From positions 1 through 33,210 of the IMG/VR virus record IMGVR_UViG_3300031922_000057: 33,210 nucleotides of DNA; one strand, written 5' to 3'. Shown here in pieces: positions 7,295 through 15,498 of the stretch. The stretch's first letter is position 1. Every line of letters begins with the position of its first letter. A model generated the notes under the pieces. It did no database searches. It was not told where the DNA came from and worked only from the letters and a program-made list of their open reading frames with translations. This stretch comes from a virus (taxonomy: Duplodnaviria; Caudoviricetes). A program made the position numbers and the translations under genes.

Positions 7295-7768
7295 ATGTCA
7301 AAAATAACAAACGAACAAAGGCGCTCAATATATGGAATTGCATCGCAGTTGGGGATTTATGAAAAAGGAAACCCGGATGACAATTTGCATGTGCTGGTCG
7401 GTAGAGTGACCGAAAAAAAATCAATTGCGGATCTGGATGCCGCAGATGCAGCCAAGGTGATATACGAGCTGATTAAACTTAAGGATGGGCAAAGAATATC
7501 GAGGGCTGGTATGATTACGCCTGCGCAGGAAAAAAAGATCTGGTTTTTCATGTACAAGCTTAGTAGTTTTGACAAGGAGCCATCAAAGGTTAAATTGGCA
7601 TATCGGCTTTGTAAAATAATAAAAAAGGAGCTTAAAATTTCAGCTTGTGAACGGAAACCGTTTCAGTTTGTGTCTTTTGAAAATGGCAACACCTTAATTG
7701 AAGTAATTAAAAAGTACGTCCAGTACGAAGAACGGAGGAATGGAGTCAATGGAAAAATGGATAAATGA
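7295..7768 (+). CDS. GemA/Mu gp16-like (DUF1018) protein
   Basis: IYGIASQLG...LHVLVGRVTEKKSIADL..A.KVI..L pattern; directly upstream of Mor. Confidence 0.75.
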   Translation: MSKITNEQRRSIYGIASQLGIYEKGNPDDNLHVLVGRVTEKKSIADLDAADAAKVIYELIKLKDGQRISRAGMITPAQEKKIWFFMYKLSSFDKEPSKVKLAYRLCKIIKKELKISACERKPFQFVSFENGNTLIEVIKKYVQYEERRNGVNGKMDK

Positions 7769-8045
7769 AATAACCGTTGATGAAGTGCCGGATAGGTATA
7801 AGCCTCTGGTAGATGTTATCGGCATTGATAACATTATACGGATGTCGATCATATTTGGCGGCACAACTATGTATTTTCCGAAGAGTAACATGCTGGTAAA
7901 GTCCATCCGGGACAAAATAATAAAACGAGAATTCAACGGTGGGAACTATAAAGAACTGGCAAGAAAATATAATTTGTCCGAATCGCAGGTTAGAAATATA
8001 ATTAATTACAGCAAAGCGAATGCGCGTCCAACTATACCGGGATAA
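7740..8045 (+). CDS. mor: Mor/C-family transcription activator
   Basis: FGGTTMYFPK...RDKIIKREFNGGNYKELARKYNLSESQVRNII. Start may be 7749. Confidence 0.9.
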   Translation: MESMEKWINEITVDEVPDRYKPLVDVIGIDNIIRMSIIFGGTTMYFPKSNMLVKSIRDKIIKREFNGGNYKELARKYNLSESQVRNIINYSKANARPTIPG

Positions 8046-8109
8046 ATTATTAGATTCGACAAATTATTTGCTCAAATTCCATAAATAGAATAATATGCCA
8101 TAAAAGATT

Positions 8110-8151
8110 AAGATATCATTGAAACTCTAGATTCGATGGTATCTTTTATTT
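8110..8151 (+). terminator. Intrinsic terminator between mor and the late genes
   Basis: 14-bp stem AAGATATCATTGAA/TTCGATGGTATCTT with two G-U pairs, followed by TTATTT. Confidence 0.6.
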
Positions 8152-8183
8152 AATTCTAAAAATAAAAGAAGCGAGGTGAAAGA

Positions 8184-8540
8184 ATGGTTAACGGACTTAC
8201 TATAACTGCAATATTCCAGGTTGTATCCACTCTTGTAATTGCAATCATCGGTGGGATTTTTAAAAGAGAATTATCAAGGCTTGAAAAAGCGGATGAAGAA
8301 AACAAGAGTCGTATGTCAAGTATTGAAAAAGAGCTTTCCAGTAGAATTGAAAATGTACGTGTTGAAAATGAGAAATGTAATTACGAAGTGTCGGGGCGTC
8401 TTAACGAGGTTAAGGAGGATATCAATAAAGAGTTTGTACGGAAAGAAGACTATTTACAGACAACCGGTGAGATTTTAAAACGGCTTGAGAAAATTTATGA
8501 CATGCTCTACGAAATGAAAGGCACTGTGAGGGGAGGATAA
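8184..8540 (+). CDS. Membrane-anchored coiled-coil protein (Mu gp25-like position)
   Basis: N-terminal hydrophobic helix then coiled coil; GAGGTG RBS. Confidence 0.7.
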   Translation: MVNGLTITAIFQVVSTLVIAIIGGIFKRELSRLEKADEENKSRMSSIEKELSSRIENVRVENEKCNYEVSGRLNEVKEDINKEFVRKEDYLQTTGEILKRLEKIYDMLYEMKGTVRGG

Positions 8541-8545
8541 TTTTA

Positions 8546-8890
8546 ATGGACAAGAATATTGCCAATAAAAGAAAAGTTATTGACGAAATAGTTGCGAATG
8601 ATTTTGCGAAGCTAAACGGAGCTATCGTAAGGGCAATGGGTAATATATTTCATTCAACATGGTTCAAGGCGTGTGATCTGCAGGTTGTTTTCAGAGATAG
8701 AGCTGAATCCGATATATACTTTAGCTTGGATTATCTTCAGCAATGCGGGATGATTGCGGCGCGGCATATAGAAACAAAGGATGCGGTTGATATTGCTGAT
8801 TTTGATTTGGATGAGGTTGAAGTACGGCTTACTGCTGATGGCATCAAGCTATTGATGGTCAGGAAGAAGGATGAGCTGATTGAAGTTTAG
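8546..8890 (+). CDS. Hypothetical protein, Mu gp26-like by position
   Basis: GGAGG RBS; LDYLQQCGMI...VRLTADGI winged-helix-like pattern; upstream of gp27-like gene. Confidence 0.65.
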   Translation: MDKNIANKRKVIDEIVANDFAKLNGAIVRAMGNIFHSTWFKACDLQVVFRDRAESDIYFSLDYLQQCGMIAARHIETKDAVDIADFDLDEVEVRLTADGIKLLMVRKKDELIEV

Positions 8891-8901
8891 GAGCTGATGA
8901 T

Positions 8902-9492
8902 ATGGGAAAGCGAACAAGGGTAAGGTCGAAAATTGGGAGCCTTCCCCCGGAGCTGCGGACATCGGTTGAACAGATGATCATGATACCGCAGGAGTACACA
9001 TATCAGGACATCAGTGAATTCCTAATGGAGCATGGATATGAAATATCATATGGTGCAGTTTTCCGTTATGCCAGGAGAATAAATGCCGATCTGCAGATGG
9101 CGGTGATGAACCAGGAGAATCTGCGCAGGATTACGGATGCAATGAACAAGTACCCTGATCTTGATTATGTGGAAGTGCTGATGGTCATAGCCGCTCAAAA
9201 GCTTATGGAAAGAATCATGGCAGCACCTGAGGAACAATGGGATGCAATGGAGATTGAGGATGTTGTTAAAGGTGTGGTCAGTCTAGCCAGAACTAAAACG
9301 TATAAAAGGCGAACTGACAGCGTTTTAAGGTCCAAAGAGGAAAGCGGCATGCAGGCGGCGCTGAATAAATTGTTTGATGCTTTAGGACGAGAGCATCCGG
9401 ATTTATACAACAAGGTTTACGATGTAGCTAAAAAGCAACTTGATGCTGTGGCGGATACAGAAAAAGCTTTGAAAGCCGAAGGTGCTTCATGA
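8902..9492 (+). CDS. Mu gp27-like (DUF3486) putative small terminase
   Basis: RSKIGSLPPELR..VEQM...TYQDISEFL...GYEISYGAVFRY. Confidence 0.8.
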   Translation: MGKRTRVRSKIGSLPPELRTSVEQMIMIPQEYTYQDISEFLMEHGYEISYGAVFRYARRINADLQMAVMNQENLRRITDAMNKYPDLDYVEVLMVIAAQKLMERIMAAPEEQWDAMEIEDVVKGVVSLARTKTYKRRTDSVLRSKEESGMQAALNKLFDALGREHPDLYNKVYDVAKKQLDAVADTEKALKAEGAS

Positions 9493-9992
9493 ACTGGTAT
9501 GTAGCGCAAGTGATGACCGGAAAAGAAGAAGAGATTAAGGTGCGTATTTGTGAGTGCGGTATAACCGCCGTTGTACCCCAAAAACGTATGTTAGAGCAAA
9601 ACTGCGGTAAATGGCGCAGTGTAGTGCGAGTTATTTTTCCCGGTTATGTTTTTATCGTAATCTCCGTAATGGGAACAGAAACGTATTACAAGATACGGTC
9701 AGTGACGGGAGTGATTAAGCTCCTTGGTGATGAGCTAGGGCCTATTGCTATTTTAGATGCTGAAGTTGGCGCTATATTGAGACTGACGCAAAACGGCGAC
9801 CTACTGGGTTTATCTGAAATATTTGTTGAAGGCGGGAAAATAAACGTGGTGTCAGGGCCTCTGAAGGGGCTTGAAGGCAAGATTGTTAAGCTTGATGCTC
9901 GAAGATACAGGGCGAAGGTAATCATAAGCCTCATAGGAGAATCACGAATTGTAGATCTGCCGGTGAATGTTATAAAAAAATCCGAAGCTTGA
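9489..9992 (+). CDS. loaP: NusG-paralogue antiterminator, LoaP-like
   Basis: NGN domain WYVAQVMTGKE...IFPGYVFI; KOW domain VVSGPLKGLEGKIVKLDARRYRAKV with the basic patch typical of LoaP. Confidence 0.85.
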   Translation: MNWYVAQVMTGKEEEIKVRICECGITAVVPQKRMLEQNCGKWRSVVRVIFPGYVFIVISVMGTETYYKIRSVTGVIKLLGDELGPIAILDAEVGAILRLTQNGDLLGLSEIFVEGGKINVVSGPLKGLEGKIVKLDARRYRAKVIISLIGESRIVDLPVNVIKKSEA

Positions 9993-10340
9993 AATGCTGA
10001 CTCGTCGCATATCAGGTTCAGGAGGTTATAAGCGATAAGATGCTAAACCGAAAAAGCATTTAAGAGGGGTCCGATCAGATGTGCGAAACCATTTAAAACC
10101 CTTTTAACTCCTTATAAAAACCATTTAAAAAGAATCGGCAATACAATCATGCTAAAGAGGTATTAAAATTGATTGTGGACCGTTTAAATGCGTTTGGCGG
10201 GTATCTGCCAAAACCATCGGAAGCATAAATCATAAATTTCTTATAAAAAGTGTTTATAAAAAAACAAAAAGCTTATAAAAGACGTTTAAATGCACAAAAA
10301 TCGAATTCGATAATTCATTCCCCCCAATAAGGAGGAATTC

Positions 10341-12011
10341 ATGATAAAAGACCAATATAAAAAAAGCATCCTTGAGATAAAAAAGACCATGGATGAACGA
10401 GAAAAACAAAAAAGAAAACTAGTTGATTTTGTTCAATATTGTAGAGATAACCTTACATTGGACAACGGACAGGCATATGATCCGCTGAGCAGACCATTTA
10501 TGGAGGAAATAGTAAGTGTATATAACAGTCATCCTCACATCACTATTGAAAAAGGAGCTCAGACAGGATTTTCAACTTTGGCAATAGCTCATGTTTTGTA
10601 TATGGTCGATGTAATGAAGCGAAATGTCATATATTATCTGCCTACTGACAGGATGGCGGTAAGATTTGGGCAGACACGATTTGATCCGTATATAAACCGC
10701 AGTCAGTATCTAAAGAGCAGGTTGACCGGTACTGATCAGCCGGGACTAAAGGAAATAGATTCATATTTTCTGTATATTCTCGGCCTAGTATCAAAGACAG
10801 GAGCGATTTCCATACCTGCCGATGAAATTGTATTCGATGAAGTTGCCTTAATTAACCAAGAAAATATGGATTTGGCTCAAGATCGCATTTCTGCTCCGGG
10901 TTCGCTTGGCTGGCAGAAATATTTTTCTGTCGCACTTTATGAAGAAGACGGCATTGATGATTTGTTCCAGCTTAGCGATATGCGGAAATGGCATATAAAG
11001 TGTTCTGGATGCGGGCGTTATTCAGCGGTTGAAGATGAATTTCCGGAATGTTTTGTAGTAAAAGACAGAGATGTGCGGCTTGTGTGTATAAAATGTGGCA
11101 AAGCGATTGATGTTGCCGGAGGCAGATGGGTAGCTGAGCATCCGGACAGGAGCAAAGACCGGCTGGGGTATCGGGTGCCACAGCTGATTGTGCCGGGTGC
11201 AAATCTTCAGCTCATATGGAATCGATGGGGGCGTGTGCAGGATAAGCCGAGCAAAAGAGCGCAATTTCGGCGCAGCGTTCTGGCCCTGCCTGATAGTGGT
11301 AACATGCAGCCGGTATCTGGCGAGGTGTTAAAACGTATAGAGGTCGCAAGCGATTATTTCTTTACGGACTACAGCGGCAGAGTTACAGGTGTAGGCATTG
11401 ATATGGGCGATCAAGCTCACGTAGCAGTTGCGGAACCTTATGAAGATGGTATAAGGATTTTGCACTTTTGGGTAGTGGATGTGGAAGAACTGGAAGTATT
11501 GATTGAGCAGATAGAAGAAAAGTTTAATGTCGGTTGCTTGATTATAGATGCAATGCCATACAAAACTGAAAGCAAAAAGATTGTCCGAAGGCTGAAAAAG
11601 GCTATTGGATACATTCAGTATTTCAGCGGTTTGGAGCTGAAGGAAGGGATTGAAGGCAAGGATGAAAAGGAAGTCAGAAAGATCACGGTTGACAGGGATG
11701 AATCTTTGGACGAAACTACAGACCTTTTCGCATGTACCCCTCCCCTCGCCTTAATGCCCAAACCACGAAATCCAACAGAGGAAAAAGTCATAAATACAGT
11801 AAAATCCCACTTAAAAAAGCTGGTAAAGGAGGAAATTGGCGAGGGTGAGGATAAGAAGATACGGTATAAAAAAAACGTGCCAAATCACTTTGGTATGGCG
11901 ATAAACTCTGCCAGAATGGCTGTTGATTTTGTCAGCAAGGGCACGGGCAAGGGTATCATTTTTGATGAAAGCCAGCTGAAGATTTTTAAAAGCATAAAAA
12001 TATATCAGTAA
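10341..12011 (+). CDS. Terminase large subunit, lambda gpA-like family
   Basis: KGAQTGFS Walker A, IVFDEV Walker B, CSGC...CIKC zinc site followed by GRWVA, GIDMG nuclease motif. Confidence 0.85.
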   Translation: MIKDQYKKSILEIKKTMDEREKQKRKLVDFVQYCRDNLTLDNGQAYDPLSRPFMEEIVSVYNSHPHITIEKGAQTGFSTLAIAHVLYMVDVMKRNVIYYLPTDRMAVRFGQTRFDPYINRSQYLKSRLTGTDQPGLKEIDSYFLYILGLVSKTGAISIPADEIVFDEVALINQENMDLAQDRISAPGSLGWQKYFSVALYEEDGIDDLFQLSDMRKWHIKCSGCGRYSAVEDEFPECFVVKDRDVRLVCIKCGKAIDVAGGRWVAEHPDRSKDRLGYRVPQLIVPGANLQLIWNRWGRVQDKPSKRAQFRRSVLALPDSGNMQPVSGEVLKRIEVASDYFFTDYSGRVTGVGIDMGDQAHVAVAEPYEDGIRILHFWVVDVEELEVLIEQIEEKFNVGCLIIDAMPYKTESKKIVRRLKKAIGYIQYFSGLELKEGIEGKDEKEVRKITVDRDESLDETTDLFACTPPLALMPKPRNPTEEKVINTVKSHLKKLVKEEIGEGEDKKIRYKKNVPNHFGMAINSARMAVDFVSKGTGKGIIFDESQLKIFKSIKIYQ

Positions 12012-12105
12012 ACACCTTCCTCCTGTTGATATTTTGGTTTGTTGGCACTTCCATTTTACATCAGAGGGAGGTTTATACAATTTATACAAGAAAGCAGGTG
12101 AATCT

Positions 12106-13611
12106 GTGAGTTGGATAAAAAGTGTTGCCGGCGAGATATCGAGGCTTCGAACTTTTTTTACTTCAATCTGGACGCTTCGGACTGGCGGGGTCATGAATGC
12201 CTACAAACTGGATTCAAGCCGTGTTGATTATGTGAAAGCCAGACAGCTATATGAGAATACAAACGATAAATATAAGCTTGGGGCTGGATTTGCGCGGCCT
12301 ATGATAAATACAACAGTAGGTTTTATGGGAGTTCCAAGGCTGCGCAGTAAGGATAACGCTGCACAGCAGGTCCTTGAGGATTTTTTTAGTGATAACACCT
12401 CAAAGATGCAGCGAGTACAAAGGAATGCATTAAGAGACGGTGACTGCTTTGTCTTCATAACCCGTGAAGAGCAAGCGGATGCTGCACTATATCCGGAAGC
12501 TAAGACGCGACTGATGTTGAATATCATTCCTCCGGAGCAAGTGACTCACATTATTAGAGATCCTCTGAGTGGAGATGTAAAGGAGTATGTGCTGCAGTCA
12601 GTCAACAATTGGCTGGATGAAAAAGATATTCCGCGTCAGGTTGTGATCCTCCAGCGGATATCATCAGGGAAAAGAATCATTAAAGTGACCGGAGATGTTC
12701 CGTTGGGCATGATGGGCGGTGAAGAAAATAACCCCTGGAGTTTTGTGCCCATCGTCCATTTTAAAAACGAAGGAGATGAAACAAAGGAGTATGGGCAAAG
12801 TGATTTAGAGCCTATTGAACCTTTTTTGAAGGCTTACCATGATGTATTGCTTCATGCGATACAGGGGAGTAAAATGCATAGTACTCCTAGGCTCAAATTT
12901 AAAATAAAAGATTTGTCTGCATTTTTGCGAAATAATTTTGCAATTACTGATCCACAGGATTTTGCCTCCAAGGGAGGAAGCATCAGTCTGGATGGTCATG
13001 AGTTTTTTATCTTTCAAGATAACGAAGATGTAGATTTTATCGAGGTTAAAAGCAGCACCGGCGATGCTGCTACTCTTTTAAAACTCATTTTTTACTGTAT
13101 TGTAGACACCTCCGAGACACCGGAGTTTGCGTTTGGAGTGCATACACCCAGCTCTCTGAGTTCAGTAAGGGAGCAAATGCCAATTCTTATCCGCAGGATC
13201 GGAAGAAAACGCGAGCAATTTACAGAAAGCTGGCAGCGCTTGGCGCGTATTGTCTTAGCTATGACATCACAAGCGGAAGTCAGAATGTTTTCTACGTATG
13301 CCACAGTGCTTGAGTGGGATGAGGTTGATCCGAGAGATCAAAAAGAATTGGCCGAGGTGCTTGAGAAGGTTACAGCTTCGTTGGATACGGCGCTTAAGGG
13401 TAATTTTATCAGCCTTGAAGCGGCAGTTCAATTCTTGGCTCAGCACATCAATACAATGAACGACTATATAAGCGATGATCCTGAACTACCCGGCGAGCGT
13501 GAGCGTATCATGAAGACTAGGCTCATGCGGATGCGCCTTGAGGACGGACAGTTCTTAGAAAATCAGGCAGATGAAATTGATAAGGAAATCGAAAAGGTTG
13601 ATGCGGAATGA
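12106..13611 (+). CDS. Portal protein
   Basis: About 500 aa after TerL; ALRDGDCFV and NPWSFVPIVHFKNE...YGQSDL portal-like motifs; GTG start at 12106 after AGGTG. Confidence 0.85.
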   Translation: MSWIKSVAGEISRLRTFFTSIWTLRTGGVMNAYKLDSSRVDYVKARQLYENTNDKYKLGAGFARPMINTTVGFMGVPRLRSKDNAAQQVLEDFFSDNTSKMQRVQRNALRDGDCFVFITREEQADAALYPEAKTRLMLNIIPPEQVTHIIRDPLSGDVKEYVLQSVNNWLDEKDIPRQVVILQRISSGKRIIKVTGDVPLGMMGGEENNPWSFVPIVHFKNEGDETKEYGQSDLEPIEPFLKAYHDVLLHAIQGSKMHSTPRLKFKIKDLSAFLRNNFAITDPQDFASKGGSISLDGHEFFIFQDNEDVDFIEVKSSTGDAATLLKLIFYCIVDTSETPEFAFGVHTPSSLSSVREQMPILIRRIGRKREQFTESWQRLARIVLAMTSQAEVRMFSTYATVLEWDEVDPRDQKELAEVLEKVTASLDTALKGNFISLEAAVQFLAQHINTMNDYISDDPELPGERERIMKTRLMRMRLEDGQFLENQADEIDKEIEKVDAE

Positions 13612-15200
13612 GTGATGAAATCGAAAAACTTAAGTCAGCTGCCGGAGAATATAAACTGTACGCACTTCAAGCCCGTAAGGCGTTCATCAATCTTCGGTTA
13701 ACACAGGATGTAGAGATCAGGCAGATGTATACTGCTATGACCGACCGCATTAGCCAAAAGCTACGACAGGTCGCTGCTCTCTCCCCTTCTGGTATGCGCA
13801 AGCGTCAGCTTGAGCAGGTGGAAAGTCATCTAAAATATGAAAAAGAGCTTCTTAAAGGAAATCTTACATCCAAACTAACTGAGTATATCCGGACATCAGT
13901 AGAGGCTGGGACAGGTATATCACAGAATATAACCTTTAAGGTATTTAAAGATGGCGGCTTTGATATCGAAAAAAAACCTGTGCTGGAATCCTTTTCACGA
14001 GTAAATAAACGAGCGGTTGAAGCTGTATGGAATACATACAAAAAGGGTATGAAGCTATCGGATCGCATTTGGAACATAAGCAACAATAACGAGACGGCTT
14101 TACGGAATATAATACAGGACGCAGTGGCAACCGGTCAGGATGCAGTAACAACAGCTAGGTTGCTTGAAAAGTATGTTCGCACAGATATGAATACTTTGGC
14201 AAAAGATTATCCCGACATGATGAAACGGTTGCAAGGACGTATTCCGGGGGATATATCCTACGAAGCCCTCCGGTTGGCAAGGACTGAAACCAGTAATGCG
14301 TTTTGGCGCGGCACGGTTGAAGGCGCCAGAAACTCACCTGCTTATGCTGGTGTGAGATGGGTGCTCAGCCCGAGTCATCCTGTCCGGGATATATGTGATA
14401 CGTATGCCGAACATGATGAAGGCCTTGGCGAAGGGGTATATAGTCCGGGAAATGAGCCTATGGGAGTTCCCCACCCTAATTGCATGTGCACAGTGGTGGC
14501 TGTGCATGACAGCACTGAGGATGTCATAAAGAAGCTGAACGAATGGCAGAAGAATCCGCAAAGCCAGCCTGACATTGAAGCTTGGTATCAGAAAACATAT
14601 AACGGCATCACGACGGATGCAATTATGGGCATTAAAACCGGGAATCTTTCACCGAATTTTAACGATGACGCTGATCGGCAGATGATTGCTGCCGATCTGA
14701 TGCAGTTGCCGTTAAAGCAGCTTGAGTTGCTGCAGAATGAAGGTATTGCATTGTATACTGGTTGGACAGGCAATGCTTCTGGATATCATCATAATGAAAA
14801 AGCAATAAAACTGATAAAGGATGTTGAACCGGGAGAGACTCTCCACGAGATCGGACATTTCCTTGATAACCATCATTCTTTGTATAAAAATGAGGAATTT
14901 ATAAAAATTATTGCAGACGGAATACCGGTTAATAAAATCACTCATGAACACATGGATATATTCTCAGTCCCCTCTGGGATTACTGTTTTGTTGTTAGCTC
15001 ATCCTGAAGTAACTAAATTTATTTCATGGTACCAGTCTGCCATCTACCCTGCAAGTGCGGGAAGTGATATAATTTTTGATGTGACAAGACTTCGCGAGTA
15101 TTTTTCTGAAGGTCTAAGGGAGTTTTATTTTAATCCGCAAAATCTGAATAATAAGGATCGCAAGCTTTTTAAATTCATCGAAAGGATGATGAAAGAATGA
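13608..15200 (+). CDS. MuF/SPP1 gp7-like head morphogenesis protein with C-terminal zincin-like domain
   Basis: RLARTET, HP..DICD and PHPNCMC MuF motifs; extension with LHEIGH and EYFSE. Confidence 0.85.
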   Translation: MSDEIEKLKSAAGEYKLYALQARKAFINLRLTQDVEIRQMYTAMTDRISQKLRQVAALSPSGMRKRQLEQVESHLKYEKELLKGNLTSKLTEYIRTSVEAGTGISQNITFKVFKDGGFDIEKKPVLESFSRVNKRAVEAVWNTYKKGMKLSDRIWNISNNNETALRNIIQDAVATGQDAVTTARLLEKYVRTDMNTLAKDYPDMMKRLQGRIPGDISYEALRLARTETSNAFWRGTVEGARNSPAYAGVRWVLSPSHPVRDICDTYAEHDEGLGEGVYSPGNEPMGVPHPNCMCTVVAVHDSTEDVIKKLNEWQKNPQSQPDIEAWYQKTYNGITTDAIMGIKTGNLSPNFNDDADRQMIAADLMQLPLKQLELLQNEGIALYTGWTGNASGYHHNEKAIKLIKDVEPGETLHEIGHFLDNHHSLYKNEEFIKIIADGIPVNKITHEHMDIFSVPSGITVLLLAHPEVTKFISWYQSAIYPASAGSDIIFDVTRLREYFSEGLREFYFNPQNLNNKDRKLFKFIERMMKE

Positions 15201-15388
15201 TTAATTGGGAGCATCCGGGAAAGCTGACACAGGAGCAGAAGGAAAAATTTCTGGCTACGAAGACCGGCGAGGAATTTACTGCAGTACTGAAAGAATTTTT
15301 TAAGGAAGGCAGGGCTAAATATAGCGATCTTGGAAAAGAAGTTGTTGATCATATGCATGAGTTGAATAGGGATTTCTACTGCGAATAG
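15197..15388 (+). CDS. Small protein, candidate immunity protein
   Basis: 63 aa; ATGA overlap with the MuF stop; AAGGA RBS. Confidence 0.6.
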   Translation: MINWEHPGKLTQEQKEKFLATKTGEEFTAVLKEFFKEGRAKYSDLGKEVVDHMHELNRDFYCE

Positions 15389-15434
15389 GACAACCTTAAT
15401 TTTAAAATCAAAGCAGACTAAAAGTACATAAGAC

Positions 15435-15464
15435 ATAAGAGTTCGGAAGGGCTTTTATTTTTTT
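15435..15464 (+). terminator. Intrinsic terminator inside the late region
   Basis: ATAAGAGTTC-GGAA-GGGCTTTTAT stem (GNRA loop, G-U pairs) followed by a T-tract. Confidence 0.65.
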
Positions 15465-15498
15465 ATGCAAATTTCCTGAAGGGAGGTGAAAAAACGAG

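Noticed and set aside
8184-8540. Holin or lysis cassette
   Set aside because: Only one hydrophobic helix and no endolysin nearby; lysis genes probably lie beyond the window.
9991-10090. Fourth ribozyme (CTGA...CGAAAC looks hammerhead-like)
   Set aside because: CTGACTC does not match CUGANGA and stems I/III cannot be built; kept only as a candidate structured RNA.
12034-12105. Portal start at 12034
   Set aside because: No RBS and it lies inside a hairpin region; GTG 12106 is better supported.
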